The notes beneath the pieces were generated by a model. The model saw nothing but the letters and a program-made list of their open reading frames with translations. It made no database searches and was not told the DNA's origin. A DNA stretch of 64,000 nucleotides. Origin: Candidatus Latescibacterota bacterium (lineage in GTDB: Bacteria > Latescibacterota > UBA2968 > UBA8231). The stretch is taken from positions 544,001 to 608,000 of the forward strand of contig CBDCXV010000001.1 of assembly GCA_965223905.1 (NCBI GenBank), read 5' to 3'. The position numbers and the translations under genes were made by a program. This document shows, one piece after another, positions 22,511 to 32,987 of the stretch (within the stretch, counting starts at the first letter, position 1; the number at the start of each line of letters is the position of its first letter).

Positions 22511-23824
22511 ATGAAAAAACCAGAAACCATCGCTGCCCCGGAGGGGAAGCTCGGCGTGCTGATCCCGGGGATGGGCGCCGTCGCCACCACCTTCATCGCC
22601 GGTGTGGAGGCGATCAAGGCCGGCCTCGGCGAACCGGTCGGATCGCTGACCCAGATGGGCGCCATCCGCCTGGGCAAGCGCACCGAGGACCGCTCCCCCC
22701 TCATCAGGGAGTTCGTCCCGCTCGCCGGCCTGGAGGACCTCGTCTTCGCCGGCTGGGACGTCTTTCCCGACGATGCCTACGAGGCGGCGACCCACGCCGG
22801 GGTTATCGAGCAGAAGACACTCGATCAGCTGCGGGATTCACTGGCGGCCGTCGCCCCGATGAAGGCGGTTTTCGACCGCGACTACGTGAAGCGGCTCGAG
22901 GGCTCGCACGTGAAGCAGGGCAAGAACAAGTGGGACATGGCCCTGCAGGCGCGCGAGGATATCCAGCGCTTCCGCAGCGACAACGGCCTCGAACGGGCGG
23001 TGATGATCTGGTGCGGCAGCACCGAGGTCTTCCTCGAAGAGGGCAAGGCGCACGCCAGCGTCGAGGCGTTCGAGAAGGGCCTGCGGGAGAACGACCCGTC
23101 GATCGCCCCGAGCATGATCTACGCGTACGCGGCGCTGAGCGAGGGGGTGCCCTACCTCAACGGGGCGCCCAACCTCACCGTCGACATTCCCGCGATGGTC
23201 GAGTTGGCGAAGGCCAACCGGGTGCCGATCGCCGGCAAGGACTTCAAGACCGGCCAGACCCTGATGAAGACGCTGCTGGCCCCCGGCCTGAAAGCGCGGA
23301 TGCTGGGAGTGCGCGGCTGGTTCTCGACCAACATCCTCGGCAACCGGGACGGCGAGGTGCTCGACGATCCCGATTCGTTCAAGACCAAGGAGGAGTCGAA
23401 GCTCGGCGTCCTCGACTACATCCTGCAGCCGCATCTCTACCCGTCGCTCTACGGCGAGCTGTACCACAAGGTGCGCATCAACTACTACCCTCCGCGCGGC
23501 GACGAAAAGGAGGGGTGGGACAACATCGACATCTTCGGCTGGCTCGGGTACCCGATGCAGATCAAGGTCGACCTGCTCTGCCGCGACAGCATCCTGGCGG
23601 CGCCGCTGGTGCTCGATCTCGTTCTCTTCGCCGACCTCGCCCAGCGCGCCGGGATGAACGGCGTCCAGGAGTGGCTGTCGTTCTATTTCAAGAACCCGCA
23701 GACGGCGCCGGAGCTCTACCCGGAGCACGATCTGTTCATTCAGTTGATGAAGCTGAAGAACACGCTGCGCTACCTGCAGGGTGAGGAACTGATCACCCAC
23801 CTCGGCCACGAGTACTACGACTGA
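22511..23824 (+). CDS. ino1: Myo-inositol-1-phosphate synthase
   Basis: GMGAVAT, GWD, NGAPN, GKDFKTGQT, NILGNRDG, CRDSILAAP, FYFK; SD AGGAGG. Confidence 0.95.
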   Translation: MKKPETIAAPEGKLGVLIPGMGAVATTFIAGVEAIKAGLGEPVGSLTQMGAIRLGKRTEDRSPLIREFVPLAGLEDLVFAGWDVFPDDAYEAATHAGVIEQKTLDQLRDSLAAVAPMKAVFDRDYVKRLEGSHVKQGKNKWDMALQAREDIQRFRSDNGLERAVMIWCGSTEVFLEEGKAHASVEAFEKGLRENDPSIAPSMIYAYAALSEGVPYLNGAPNLTVDIPAMVELAKANRVPIAGKDFKTGQTLMKTLLAPGLKARMLGVRGWFSTNILGNRDGEVLDDPDSFKTKEESKLGVLDYILQPHLYPSLYGELYHKVRINYYPPRGDEKEGWDNIDIFGWLGYPMQIKVDLLCRDSILAAPLVLDLVLFADLAQRAGMNGVQEWLSFYFKNPQTAPELYPEHDLFIQLMKLKNTLRYLQGEELITHLGHEYYD

Positions 23825-23972
23825 AGGGATGGAGCGGCGGGCAGGAGAAGCGGAGCCCGGAGGAATGCTTCCATTCCCGGGCGCGTGCCCGCGGCTCTCC
23901 CGCCGCCGGAAGACGAACGGAAGGGGTAAGAATCGTTCGGGGTAGTGCGGCCCGAGCCCCGGTAGTTCGGCT

Positions 23973-26228
23973 TTACTTCTCCCGGTCGTCCTGCAGCGGC
24001 ACGAGGCACCCTTCCATCCGGTTCCGTCGCAGCAGCACGTTCCGGCATCCCGCGTCGACGAGGATCCCGAGATCTGAGTTCTCCACCCGGTTTCCCTCGA
24101 CCACCACGTTCTCCGTCGCCCCGTCGCTGTTCCCGCCGACAACCACTTCGATCCGCGCATTGTTATGCAGGTGGTTGTTGCGCAGGACGGAGCCGAAGTG
24201 CAGGCTCGGCAGGGTGCCCTCGACGCTGAGGCGCGCCGGATAGACCAGGGGATCCTCGAAGCGGTAGCAGTTGCCCTCGCGGATCTCGTTGCCGAGGAAC
24301 TGGAGGTAGAGGTTGGGCTGGACTCCTCCCGTGTAGGAGAAGCCGTAGGCGCGGTACCCGTCGCTTCGCCAGCTGCGGTTGTTTGCGACGATGTGCTCGG
24401 TGGCGGTGCCGTAGAACTGGATGGCGATGCCGGCGTCGCGGGTCTCGTTGTCGAAGAAGATGTAGCGCCGGTGGGTCATGGTGACGGTGACCCGCGAGGT
24501 CTCGTCCAGCGGGACCTCGAACGGCCGGTCGAGCTGCACCCGCCTGCCGTCCCAGGATTTCACGGACCGGTACTGGCCGCGCCCGCGCCCGGCGATGACG
24601 GCGACGAGGGTGTTTGTCCAGTGCCGGTGATGCCACTTCGGGTCGTCCGCCAGCAGGATCCAGTCCCCTTCGACCTCGGCCACGGGGCCGAAGTACGCCC
24701 CGCCGCCGGCGTCGGAGGTAAATGCCTCCCGGTCCCAGCCGTTCATGTTCTCGTAGCTGTTGTGGGCGGTGTAGATGTTGCGGGAGACCCCCCGGGTGAA
24801 GCAGGCGTAGCCGCCGCCGGTCGACATCAGGTCGGCGCCGGCGATGCGGTTGCGCTCGAAGACGATGTTCTCGCTGCCGTTGAAGTTCATCCACCCGGAG
24901 CGCCCGTTGTAGAAGGTGTTGTCGGCCACCAGTGCCCCGACCACGTAATGGAGGTAGATGGAGCGCTCGGAGCCGTACACGTCGCAGTCCGTTATGCGGA
25001 TGTCGGGGCCGCTCAGGCGGATGGTGTCGCGCGGCCCTGGGGTGCGGGCGCGCTCCTCCTGCTTGTCCGGCGAATGGTGGCCCCTGTAGGAGTCCGCCCG
25101 TACCCGCACCCGGGTAAGGCGCACGTGGCCGGCGGTCTCCGGGTCCTCGATGGGAGCGGCCGGGGTGTGGACGGCCGCGGCCGTGTTGTTGGAGATGACG
25201 TGGTAGTGGTGGTTGCAGTAGAAGGTGAGATCCTCGATGGCGAAGTGGTGGGATCCTTCGATCCAGGCGTCGGGGGGATCGTCGGTGTCCGCCATGCAGA
25301 GGGCGGTCAGCTCGCGCCCTGCGCCGCGCAGGGTGACGTGCGGCGGGATCACCAGCTTCTCGCTGACGACGAAACGGCCCCGCGGTACCAACACGACAGC
25401 TCCCCCGCGTTCGCCAGCCTCTTTGAGCGCCGCCTTGATCGCCGCGGTGTCGTCCTCCTTGTCGTCCCCGGCGGCCCCGAAAGCGGCCACGTCGAGCAGG
25501 AGTTGCTCCTTCTCCTTCTCCCGGTGAAGGACCGCGATGTCGAGCGGCTCGCTCCAGGCCTGCTCGCCGCCGTGGCCGTTGTGCACGAACAGCTCGTAGC
25601 GGCCCGGGGTCAGCTCTTCCGGCACCGTCACCGCCAGGGAGAAAGGCTCGGCTTTCTCCGGTTGCAGCAGCGTCACGCGCCCGTCATCGGAGCGGAGGGC
25701 GACGGCCGGCTCCCTCTCACCCAGCTTCAGACAGCGCCCGACGATGCGCAGGCCGCCCCCGGCATGGACGGCGCCGTCCTCGAGGCGCCACTCGCCGAAA
25801 GGGGTGCGGTCGGTGACGGCGTCGCCGAGCGTCCACCAGGGCACCGGCAGGTTGATGCGCCCGGAGCCCGCGGTTCCGGCTCCGGAATGCAGGGCGTAGA
25901 AGAACACGCCCTGCTCATCCGCGGGCAGCTCGAACATCAGGGCGGTCTCGCTCGCCTGCAGCGGCTTCACCGCTTCGGGCAGGTCCCGGTCCGCGGGGAG
26001 CTTCCAGGGCCGGCCCGAAGGCTCGCCGGGTTTCTGGTCCGGAAGCCGCTCCAGCGCAACCTCCAGGTCGTCGGGCTGCGGGAAAAAGCCGCACATCATG
26101 ACGGTCTCCCCGGGCTGAACCGGGGCCGAGACCCAGTAGACCGCGGGATCTTCCGCGAGCGCCGCGGAGCCGGCGAGGGCGGAGGCGACAACGGCTGAGG
26201 GGAGATGCGAGGGAATCATTACGGCCAT
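23973..26228 (-). CDS. Secreted right-handed beta-helix (pectin lyase-like) protein
   Basis: DVAAFGAAGDDKEDDTAAIKAAL..GGAVVLVPRG (Pectate_lyase_3/GH55-type start), Asn-rich helix repeats and an N-terminal Ig-like region. Confidence 0.8.
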   Translation of the reverse strand: MAVMIPSHLPSAVVASALAGSAALAEDPAVYWVSAPVQPGETVMMCGFFPQPDDLEVALERLPDQKPGEPSGRPWKLPADRDLPEAVKPLQASETALMFELPADEQGVFFYALHSGAGTAGSGRINLPVPWWTLGDAVTDRTPFGEWRLEDGAVHAGGGLRIVGRCLKLGEREPAVALRSDDGRVTLLQPEKAEPFSLAVTVPEELTPGRYELFVHNGHGGEQAWSEPLDIAVLHREKEKEQLLLDVAAFGAAGDDKEDDTAAIKAALKEAGERGGAVVLVPRGRFVVSEKLVIPPHVTLRGAGRELTALCMADTDDPPDAWIEGSHHFAIEDLTFYCNHHYHVISNNTAAAVHTPAAPIEDPETAGHVRLTRVRVRADSYRGHHSPDKQEERARTPGPRDTIRLSGPDIRITDCDVYGSERSIYLHYVVGALVADNTFYNGRSGWMNFNGSENIVFERNRIAGADLMSTGGGYACFTRGVSRNIYTAHNSYENMNGWDREAFTSDAGGGAYFGPVAEVEGDWILLADDPKWHHRHWTNTLVAVIAGRGRGQYRSVKSWDGRRVQLDRPFEVPLDETSRVTVTMTHRRYIFFDNETRDAGIAIQFYGTATEHIVANNRSWRSDGYRAYGFSYTGGVQPNLYLQFLGNEIREGNCYRFEDPLVYPARLSVEGTLPSLHFGSVLRNNHLHNNARIEVVVGGNSDGATENVVVEGNRVENSDLGILVDAGCRNVLLRRNRMEGCLVPLQDDREK

Positions 26229-26313
26229 CCCTTCATTCGAGAGCCTGGGATTTGCCGGCCGGCGGGAACCGGCGGCAGGAGCTGCTGCGAGATTGGAAAC
26301 ACGTTCGCGAAAT

Positions 26314-27288
26314 TCACCCGGAATCAGGAAAGTGGTCTTCGGGAACCCTGGTCCGGGTGAATTCGAACCCCGGTCCCTTTGTGCAGGTCGCCCCGAAACC
26401 GAGGCCCCAGTCGTGAGGGCCCGGTCCGGCCTGCTGTTCCGCCCACTTCTTCAGGGGAACGGATTCCCAGTCGTCGCTGAACCAGTGCTGTGAAGAGGGG
26501 CTTTCGAGGGGGTTCCTGCCCAGGGGATGGGAGCCGTCCCCCATGGCGCCCAGGAGCTGCCGGCGGATCGGCGAGCTGCGGTCGATCAGCTCCCGGTCCT
26601 GCTCGACATGGCCGCTGGGGCGTATCCAGCGGGGTCCGTAGCTGATGTAGATCGCCTTGCGGAAGCTCCTCGACAGGTTCGGGGTCACGCTGTGCAGCAG
26701 GGTGGGCCGCCACAACATCGCGCTTCCCGCCGGGGCGCGCAGCTCGAAGATATCGGCCGGATCGACCCGGGATTCCCAGGCAGCGCGCTGTTCCCTGTTC
26801 CATCGGAAGCTGCCCGGCACCAGCAGTATGGTGCTGTGGCCGGGCTCCGAATGATCCGATATGTACCAGCCGACCTTGAAGTCGAGAAGCGGCATGGTGC
26901 CGTCGACCGTGGTGCCGCCGAACTCCTCCTCGTAGTCGGAATGCCATCCCAGCGACAGCCGGCCGGGATCGGCCTCTTCCGCCGCGGGCGCCTTGCAGTC
27001 GAGGACGCTGTCACGGTTCTGGATGTTCCACCCCATGACGTCGACCACAAGGGACAGAATCCGGGGGTGGTCCATCAGGTCGAGAATCGCCTCGTGCCTG
27101 GAGACGGCGTTCCGCAAAACGACGCTTTCCCCGGGTGCCTGACCACGCCTTTCCCGGCTCTGTTCGGCCACATCGTCGACGGCCGCCGATACCCGGGAAA
27201 GCTCGGGCGGAGTCAGCAGGCTTTCCAGGATGGTGAAGCCCCGTCCGTTGAGCTCCTCCCGCTGCCGGGCGGTTACGGCAATCGTCAT
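26314..27288 (-). CDS. Phytanoyl-CoA dioxygenase (PhyH) family Fe/2OG oxygenase
   Basis: GF.ILESLL, WHSD (HxD), LLVPGS, LLHSVTPN.S...R; SD AAGGAGG. Confidence 0.9.
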   Translation of the reverse strand: MTIAVTARQREELNGRGFTILESLLTPPELSRVSAAVDDVAEQSRERRGQAPGESVVLRNAVSRHEAILDLMDHPRILSLVVDVMGWNIQNRDSVLDCKAPAAEEADPGRLSLGWHSDYEEEFGGTTVDGTMPLLDFKVGWYISDHSEPGHSTILLVPGSFRWNREQRAAWESRVDPADIFELRAPAGSAMLWRPTLLHSVTPNLSRSFRKAIYISYGPRWIRPSGHVEQDRELIDRSSPIRRQLLGAMGDGSHPLGRNPLESPSSQHWFSDDWESVPLKKWAEQQAGPGPHDWGLGFGATCTKGPGFEFTRTRVPEDHFPDSG

Positions 27289-27486
27289 CGGACTGCCCTC
27301 CTTAAGCGCCGCGGACTCAAGCGATATATTTTGTGGCCTTCGATTTCGGTTACTTCTCTATCGAAGTTATCTCTATCCACTTGGGTTGGCCGGCTCTTGC
27401 GCGCGACACCGGCGCCTTTTGCAGGCACCAGTATTGCGCTGAAGGTTGCCATCGGGGACAGGTAATTTTGGGGCCCCGTCCGGCTT

Positions 27487-27621
27487 GTGCAAACGGATGT
27501 CGAAGCCTACGAATATGGCATGACGTCCCGAGACCGCAGGGATATCAGAAGGATCATTTTTCAGCACTTCGAGTACATTGAAGAGCAGTGGGATGAGTTT
27601 CAGAGGAGACGCCAAGTATGA
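27487..27621 (+). pseudogene. 5'-truncated DUF4160-type (putative TA toxin) gene
   Basis: Manual translation ..EAYEYGMTSRDRRDIRRIIFQHFEYIEEQWDEFQRR* resembles the DUF4160 C-terminus. ATGA overlap with the DUF2442 gene; in-frame stop just upstream (27463-27465). Confidence 0.7.
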
Positions 27622-27887
27622 CCAAATACCACGATGTACGAGACATTCGGTTCAAGGGAAAAAAATTTGTAGCAACGATCGACGGCGAGGAGTGGAGCTT
27701 CGAGTTAAGGGAGATTTCGCGCGCGTTACTGAATGCCTCGGAGGAAGAGAGGAACAGTCACGAGATCTCTCCTTCGGGATACGGCCTCCATTGGCCTCTC
27801 CTGGATGAGGACCTGTCGATAGATGGGCTGTTGGGGATATTCCATAGGCCCGCAGAAGACGAGGCAGAGAAACCCTCTCAGGCCTGA
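27618..27887 (+). CDS. DUF2442 family protein (putative antitoxin)
   Basis: LLNASEEERN..EISPSGYGLHWPLLDEDLSIDGLL. Confidence 0.9.
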   Translation: MTKYHDVRDIRFKGKKFVATIDGEEWSFELREISRALLNASEEERNSHEISPSGYGLHWPLLDEDLSIDGLLGIFHRPAEDEAEKPSQA

Positions 27888-28037
27888 AAATACCCCGGCT
27901 TGCGGATTCCGAATTCCTTGGTGGGCCGTGCTGCTCCCCAAGGCTGCGGACGGTCCGAAAAATGTCTCTTCCCCGCTGAAAGCCTCAGTACCTAACCGTA
28001 TTCCAAGCCGGCTCATTTCAAATTCTCGCCGTCTTCC

Positions 28038-28490
28038 TGGACCCGGAACGGGCAGCTTCACCAGTTGCGCCGGGGGCTTTACTCCCTGGCGCCGCCCTTC
28101 CGGAAGGTGAGACCCCATCCATTCGTTGTGGCCAACCGCCTGGTGCCAGGTTCCTACGTGAGTTGCCAGGCGGCCCTGACCCACCGCTACCTGATCCCGG
28201 AGTTCACGCCGGTGATCACCAGCGTCTGCACCGGAAGGCCCGGCCGCCGGGATACGCCCCTGGTCCGGTGCCAATTCCGCCACCTCGGGGCTCGCCTGCT
28301 GTACGGCTACCAGTGGGTCGACCTCGGAGACGGCCAGCAGGCATTCGTGGCCAGTCCGGAGAAAGCCCTGCTGGACCTGGTTCACCTGCAACCCGGGGCG
28401 GAAGGAATCGCCTACCTGCGGGAGTTGCGCCTGCAGAACCTTCACCTGCTCGATGCGGGTGAGCTGCAGCGCCTCGCAGTGCCATCCGGC
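28038..28490 (+). pseudogene. Truncated AbiEi-like (type IV TA) antitoxin
   Basis: W.RNGQL.QLRRGLY, ANRL..GSYVS..AL....LIPE, ASPEKALLDL. N-terminus missing, tail after about 28490 unrelated, and no AbiEii partner. Confidence 0.72.
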
Positions 28491-28566
28491 TGTTCTGGTT
28501 TTTCCCGGTTGGGAGATCAAACAGCACACAGCCGCTTGAGCGAAAAATCGGTTCCAACTGAACTGG

Positions 28567-29220
28567 TCATCGAAACGCCGCACCGGGCTCCAGGCCGAGT
28601 ATTGCCAGGCACCTCTGTGTCAGCTCATCCACACTGGCTGCATTTACATCCATACTGACCAGTCCATGCCGCCTGACTGCTTCCATCATTTGCGCGTTGT
28701 AGAGCAGGCTGCGTGCCAGAAACTGTCCACCAGGATCCTTTCGCTGCGGGGTTTTGTTCGGTACAGGCTTCCCGCGCGAATTCTCTGCTCAAACACCTCG
28801 TCGCTCGCTGTTAGCCAAACAGCAGCGAGGCTGGCAACATTCAGGGTCGCTGCAAATCCCGGCCACAGGGCGGATCCTTCCAAAATCACCCGCTCCTTGG
28901 ATGTATCGGTGGAGGCCGCCGCAATGATCGCCTCGACTTGCGGCCACACATTGATCTTGTAGTGATGGAGCATGTCCTCCATCAATTCGCGCACCGACAG
29001 GGAGAGATAGTGCCTGGCCACATGGTCGGGCACCTGGTGCGGATCAGGCCATGGGCGCCCGGGGTGCCGGGCAAGTTTGTCCGTGGAGATCCGGGTCCAT
29101 CCAAGCTTGCGGACAGCGCGTCGGCCAGTGTCGATTTTCCGACGTGGGATGAACCTCCTATGAGGATCACTCGCAAGTCAGCAGGTTGTTGCGCATTCGT
29201 TGATGTGTTGAAGACAGTGA
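28567..29220 (-). pseudogene. Frameshifted P-loop kinase (2-phosphoglycerate kinase-like)
   Basis: VILIGGSSHVGKSTLA, frameshift near 29103, then GWTRISTDKLARHPGRPW..ILEGSALWP, second frameshift near 28720, then FLARSLLYNAQM..GAAFR*. Confidence 0.75.
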
Positions 29221-29388
29221 GGGCATCCCGGCGTGCCGTTGGCGATTGAGCATGACTGCTCGTAGCGCTGGGCATTGACGGGATTTTTTTCCCTGCGGCG
29301 CGGAGGCTTGTGTACGCCACCGTTCCGAGTGCAATTAACCGGATTGGTCATCGGATTGGTCATCGCGGCCCACCCGGGCATGGACGGG

Positions 29389-30465
29389 TCAGTTGCCGAC
29401 GAGGTGCACGCTGCCGGAGCCGGTGTCGATGACGATCCGGCCCCGGCCGTCGCCGATCAGACCGCGTAAATGGTTCCGGCTCACGGACCGGGCCCGGACC
29501 GGTATGTCCGAATCGATGCCTCCGTTGCCAGTGTCGATCTCGATGGCCGCCCCTAGATCGGCAGGAACTGATACTGTGACCGACCCGGAACCGGTATCGA
29601 CATCGAGCGTATCGACGTCGGTGAGGAGTTCCAGCTCGACCGACCCGGAGCCGGTGTCAACCGCAATGTCGGGGGACGCAACGCCCTTCAGTTTTACGCT
29701 CCCGGAGCCAGTGTCGACGATCAAACGCCGGGCCTGTACCGCGCGGGCGCTCACGCCCCCGGATCCGGTATCGAGCTCGACTTTGTCGCCTGCGGTCAGG
29801 TTCTCCACGTCGATGCTTCCCGATCCGGTATCGACGCTCAAGTTTCCGCCCATGCCGCTGACGCGCACCCTCCCGGCGCCTGTGTCGATCGCAAGGGCGC
29901 CTGACATGGCGGTGGCAGTCACGGATCCTGCTCCCATGTCGAGGTCCAGGCGGCCGTCGACCCCGCGCGCCTCGATGGCGCCTGCGCCGAGATACACCGC
30001 GGCGCGCTGCCCGACAGGCACCTCGATCACAAGGTCCGCCCAAGCCTCGATCCCATCTCCGGAACCCCGAATGGTGACGCGGTCTCCGCCCCAACCGAGC
30101 AAAGCGAAAAGGGCGGAAACCCCGTCGGGAAAGGTGCCGTCGGCGGCTACGATCAAGTTTTTGCGGGAGCCCCCGAACTCCGGATAGACGATCTCGTCCC
30201 CTGGATAAACGACCCGCAGCGTCTGACGGCCGCGGGTCTCGCCGGTCTCGACGCGCAGTCGTCCGGCGTCATTGCCGCCGCGACTGACGCGCACCACGAC
30301 ATCGGCGCCCTCTCCGCGCACGATCTCCATGCGGCCGGCCAGGTTGTAGACGGCGACCTCCGATCCGCGGAGCCGCTCGACTTCCTGCGCCGCTGATACC
30401 CGCCGCGGCGGCGCGAGCGCCAGCACCCCCAGCATCGTCCCCAGCCTCCACTCTTTCGTCGTCAT
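29389..30465 (-). CDS. DUF4097 family beta-strand repeat protein, secreted
   Basis: SD AAAGGAGG before ATG 30465; signal peptide; about 9 repeats of L.VDTGSGSV. Confidence 0.88.
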   Translation of the reverse strand: MTTKEWRLGTMLGVLALAPPRRVSAAQEVERLRGSEVAVYNLAGRMEIVRGEGADVVVRVSRGGNDAGRLRVETGETRGRQTLRVVYPGDEIVYPEFGGSRKNLIVAADGTFPDGVSALFALLGWGGDRVTIRGSGDGIEAWADLVIEVPVGQRAAVYLGAGAIEARGVDGRLDLDMGAGSVTATAMSGALAIDTGAGRVRVSGMGGNLSVDTGSGSIDVENLTAGDKVELDTGSGGVSARAVQARRLIVDTGSGSVKLKGVASPDIAVDTGSGSVELELLTDVDTLDVDTGSGSVTVSVPADLGAAIEIDTGNGGIDSDIPVRARSVSRNHLRGLIGDGRGRIVIDTGSGSVHLVGN

Positions 30466-30497
30466 CGTTTTCCTCCTTTGCGGGCGGTAGCCTGGAC

Positions 30498-32945
30498 TCA
30501 CTCGTAGCGCAGACTGTCGGCCGGCGACCTCAGCGCCGCTCCGGCCGATTGCAAAGCGACCAGTAGCAGGGTCAGTGTCATTACAACACCTGTGGCGAGA
30601 AGAAAAACCCACGGAGCCGGCTCGATTCGATAGGCGAAGCCCTCGAGCCAGCTCTGCAACGCCATGTAGCTCAGCGGCCAGCTGACGGCGCTTGCCAAGC
30701 CGAGAAGAACCGTCGATTCCGCCGCCATCAGCTTCACGACCTGAGCGGCCGTTGCCCCCAGCACCTTGCGGATCCCGATCTCCCTGGTGCGCCGCGCCAC
30801 CGTCATGGTCACCTGCCCCAACAGACCCAGACAGGTGATCACAACCACGAATGCCGCCGAAAGACTGACAATTTTCGTCCAACGCACCTCTTCCCTGTAC
30901 TGCGCTTCCAGGTTTGCATCGAGGAAAGACCATTCGAACGGATCTTCGGAAACCACGCTGCTCCAGGCCTCCTCGAGTTCGCGCAGCACACGCTTTACGG
31001 TCCCGGGTTGGATGCGCACGAACACATGGTACAAGCCGTGATAGGCCGGGTTCTGGGTCAGGAAGAGCGGTTGAATGTCCCGGTGCAGCGGGTCGAAATG
31101 GAAGTCTTTCACAACTCCGATCACGGTCGGTTGCGGCGCTTCGTTGACTTTCGAGACCGGCAGGGTGCGGCCTAAGGGATCCGACCATCCCAGGAGGTTC
31201 CCCAAGCGTTCATTGATGATGGCCATTCCCTCGGCGTCCGCTGCGTGCTCTGCGTCGAAGTTCCTTCCTGAGACCAGTTCCATCCCGAGCGTGGGCAAGT
31301 AGCCCGGGTCCACGCGGACAACTCTGACATGTTGAGTTGTGCCCCCATCTGCGTTCTCCAGCCCGATCGATTGGCTCCCGCTGGTGAAAGAGCGGTCACT
31401 CGCCCCTGTGCTCACTACGGAACCCAGCCCGTTGGCCGCAACCTGGAAACGCGTTGCCACATCCTCGTCCGGCACCGGCACGACGACTACGTGTTCGCGG
31501 TCGAAACCCAATTCCCTGGTGCGCAGGAAATCCCACTGGCGCACTACCATCACCGAGCTGGCTGTCAGCCCGACAGCCAAGCCGTACTGGAGCACCAGCA
31601 TGCCCTGCATGAAACGCCAACGCCGCGGCCTGCCGTCTTGCCCCTTCAGTACCGCTACTGCTGGAGGCCGGGACAGCACCATCGCCGGATACCACCCGGC
31701 GGCCGCGCCCGTCGCCAGGAGCATCCCCAGCAGGAACGCGGCACCGCGCCAGCCTTCCAGTTGCGACATGGACAGTGGCTTCTCGACCAGCGCTGCGAAG
31801 GCAGGCAACACCATCCCTGCCACAGCCATTCCAAGAACAGCCGCCCCGAATACCAGTACCAGCGCCTCGCCCCAGAACTGTTGTATCAATTGCTTCCGCC
31901 TCGCCCCCATGACCTTGCGGATACCGACTTCCAGCGCACGACCCGCCGACGCGCCGATCGACAGGGTGGTGAAATTGATACACGCCACCACCAGCACCAG
32001 TACCCCCAGCCCCGACAGCAAAGAGGCGTAGGTCGCGCTCCCTATCTCGACATAGTGGCTTTCGACACTGAGGTCGAGGTGCATCTTCGAAAGAGGCTGC
32101 AAGAGGATGGTATACGCCCCCAGGCGTTCGTCGGTGAAGTGGGCCTTCAATTGCCTCGACACCTCTGAGAGGACCTCGGGGGGCACAGAGGAGGGGATTC
32201 CGCTTTGAATGAGCGCAAGAAGCTGTGTTCGAATCAGCCCGGTCATTGCATTCTCGACGCCTTGGACATCGGCTCTTTCCTCGAGTTCGACGAAGATCGA
32301 GGTCTCTCCAACGTTGTTGCGGTCGAGGAAGTAACCCGAACGATTCTCATAGGAGACGAGATAGTCGAAGCGCAGGCTCGAAGGCGCCGGAACATCCTCG
32401 ACAACGCCGGTAACGACGTGTTCTCTTCCTCGCACAGAGATGGTTCGCCCGATGACGCCGGCGAGTCCCGCTTCATCCTCGCCGAAAAGTCGCGCCGCTG
32501 CGGTTCTGCTGATCACGACTGCATCCCGGCGCTCGATCACTGTAGCCGGATCACCGTGCAAGAGCGGAAAGCTGAAAACTTCGAGAAAATCCGGGCTGAC
32601 GAGACCGATCTGCTCGTCCAGCGCCGAGTCCTTCCAGCGCACCCTCGCCGTGGAGCGAATGAACGCCGCCACCCTGCTCACACCGGCCACGTTCGCGGAA
32701 ACTGCGGGCGTCATGGCACCTGGAAGCAGCGTGCCGGTTTTCTTTTCGCTCCCGTCCTCGAGCAGAAGCCTGTAGATCCGTTCGCCCTTCGCGTGAAACG
32801 CGTCGAAGCGCAAATCGTGATCGACGTACAGGTAGATCAGCGTGCAGCAGGCGACCCCGATGCTCAGCCCGAACAGGTTGATGAAACTGTAGCTCTTGTG
32901 CCGCAGCAGCGTACGGAGTGCAACGAGCAGATAGATGCGCAGCAT
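30498..32945 (-). CDS. MacB/FtsX-like duplicated ABC permease (P1)
   Basis: 815 aa; INLFGLSIG, ACINF, EVGIRKVMGA, REIGIRKVLGA, P.DSLRYE. Confidence 0.93.
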   Translation of the reverse strand: MLRIYLLVALRTLLRHKSYSFINLFGLSIGVACCTLIYLYVDHDLRFDAFHAKGERIYRLLLEDGSEKKTGTLLPGAMTPAVSANVAGVSRVAAFIRSTARVRWKDSALDEQIGLVSPDFLEVFSFPLLHGDPATVIERRDAVVISRTAAARLFGEDEAGLAGVIGRTISVRGREHVVTGVVEDVPAPSSLRFDYLVSYENRSGYFLDRNNVGETSIFVELEERADVQGVENAMTGLIRTQLLALIQSGIPSSVPPEVLSEVSRQLKAHFTDERLGAYTILLQPLSKMHLDLSVESHYVEIGSATYASLLSGLGVLVLVVACINFTTLSIGASAGRALEVGIRKVMGARRKQLIQQFWGEALVLVFGAAVLGMAVAGMVLPAFAALVEKPLSMSQLEGWRGAAFLLGMLLATGAAAGWYPAMVLSRPPAVAVLKGQDGRPRRWRFMQGMLVLQYGLAVGLTASSVMVVRQWDFLRTRELGFDREHVVVVPVPDEDVATRFQVAANGLGSVVSTGASDRSFTSGSQSIGLENADGGTTQHVRVVRVDPGYLPTLGMELVSGRNFDAEHAADAEGMAIINERLGNLLGWSDPLGRTLPVSKVNEAPQPTVIGVVKDFHFDPLHRDIQPLFLTQNPAYHGLYHVFVRIQPGTVKRVLRELEEAWSSVVSEDPFEWSFLDANLEAQYREEVRWTKIVSLSAAFVVVITCLGLLGQVTMTVARRTREIGIRKVLGATAAQVVKLMAAESTVLLGLASAVSWPLSYMALQSWLEGFAYRIEPAPWVFLLATGVVMTLTLLLVALQSAGAALRSPADSLRYE

Positions 32946-32987
32946 CCTGAATCTCCTTCGTCTAGGTTGCGTTACTCTCGAGCATGA

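Noticed and set aside
29400-29960. Repeated ccggatccggtatcga-like DNA motifs
   Set aside because: They simply encode the DTGSGSV repeats of the DUF4097 protein.
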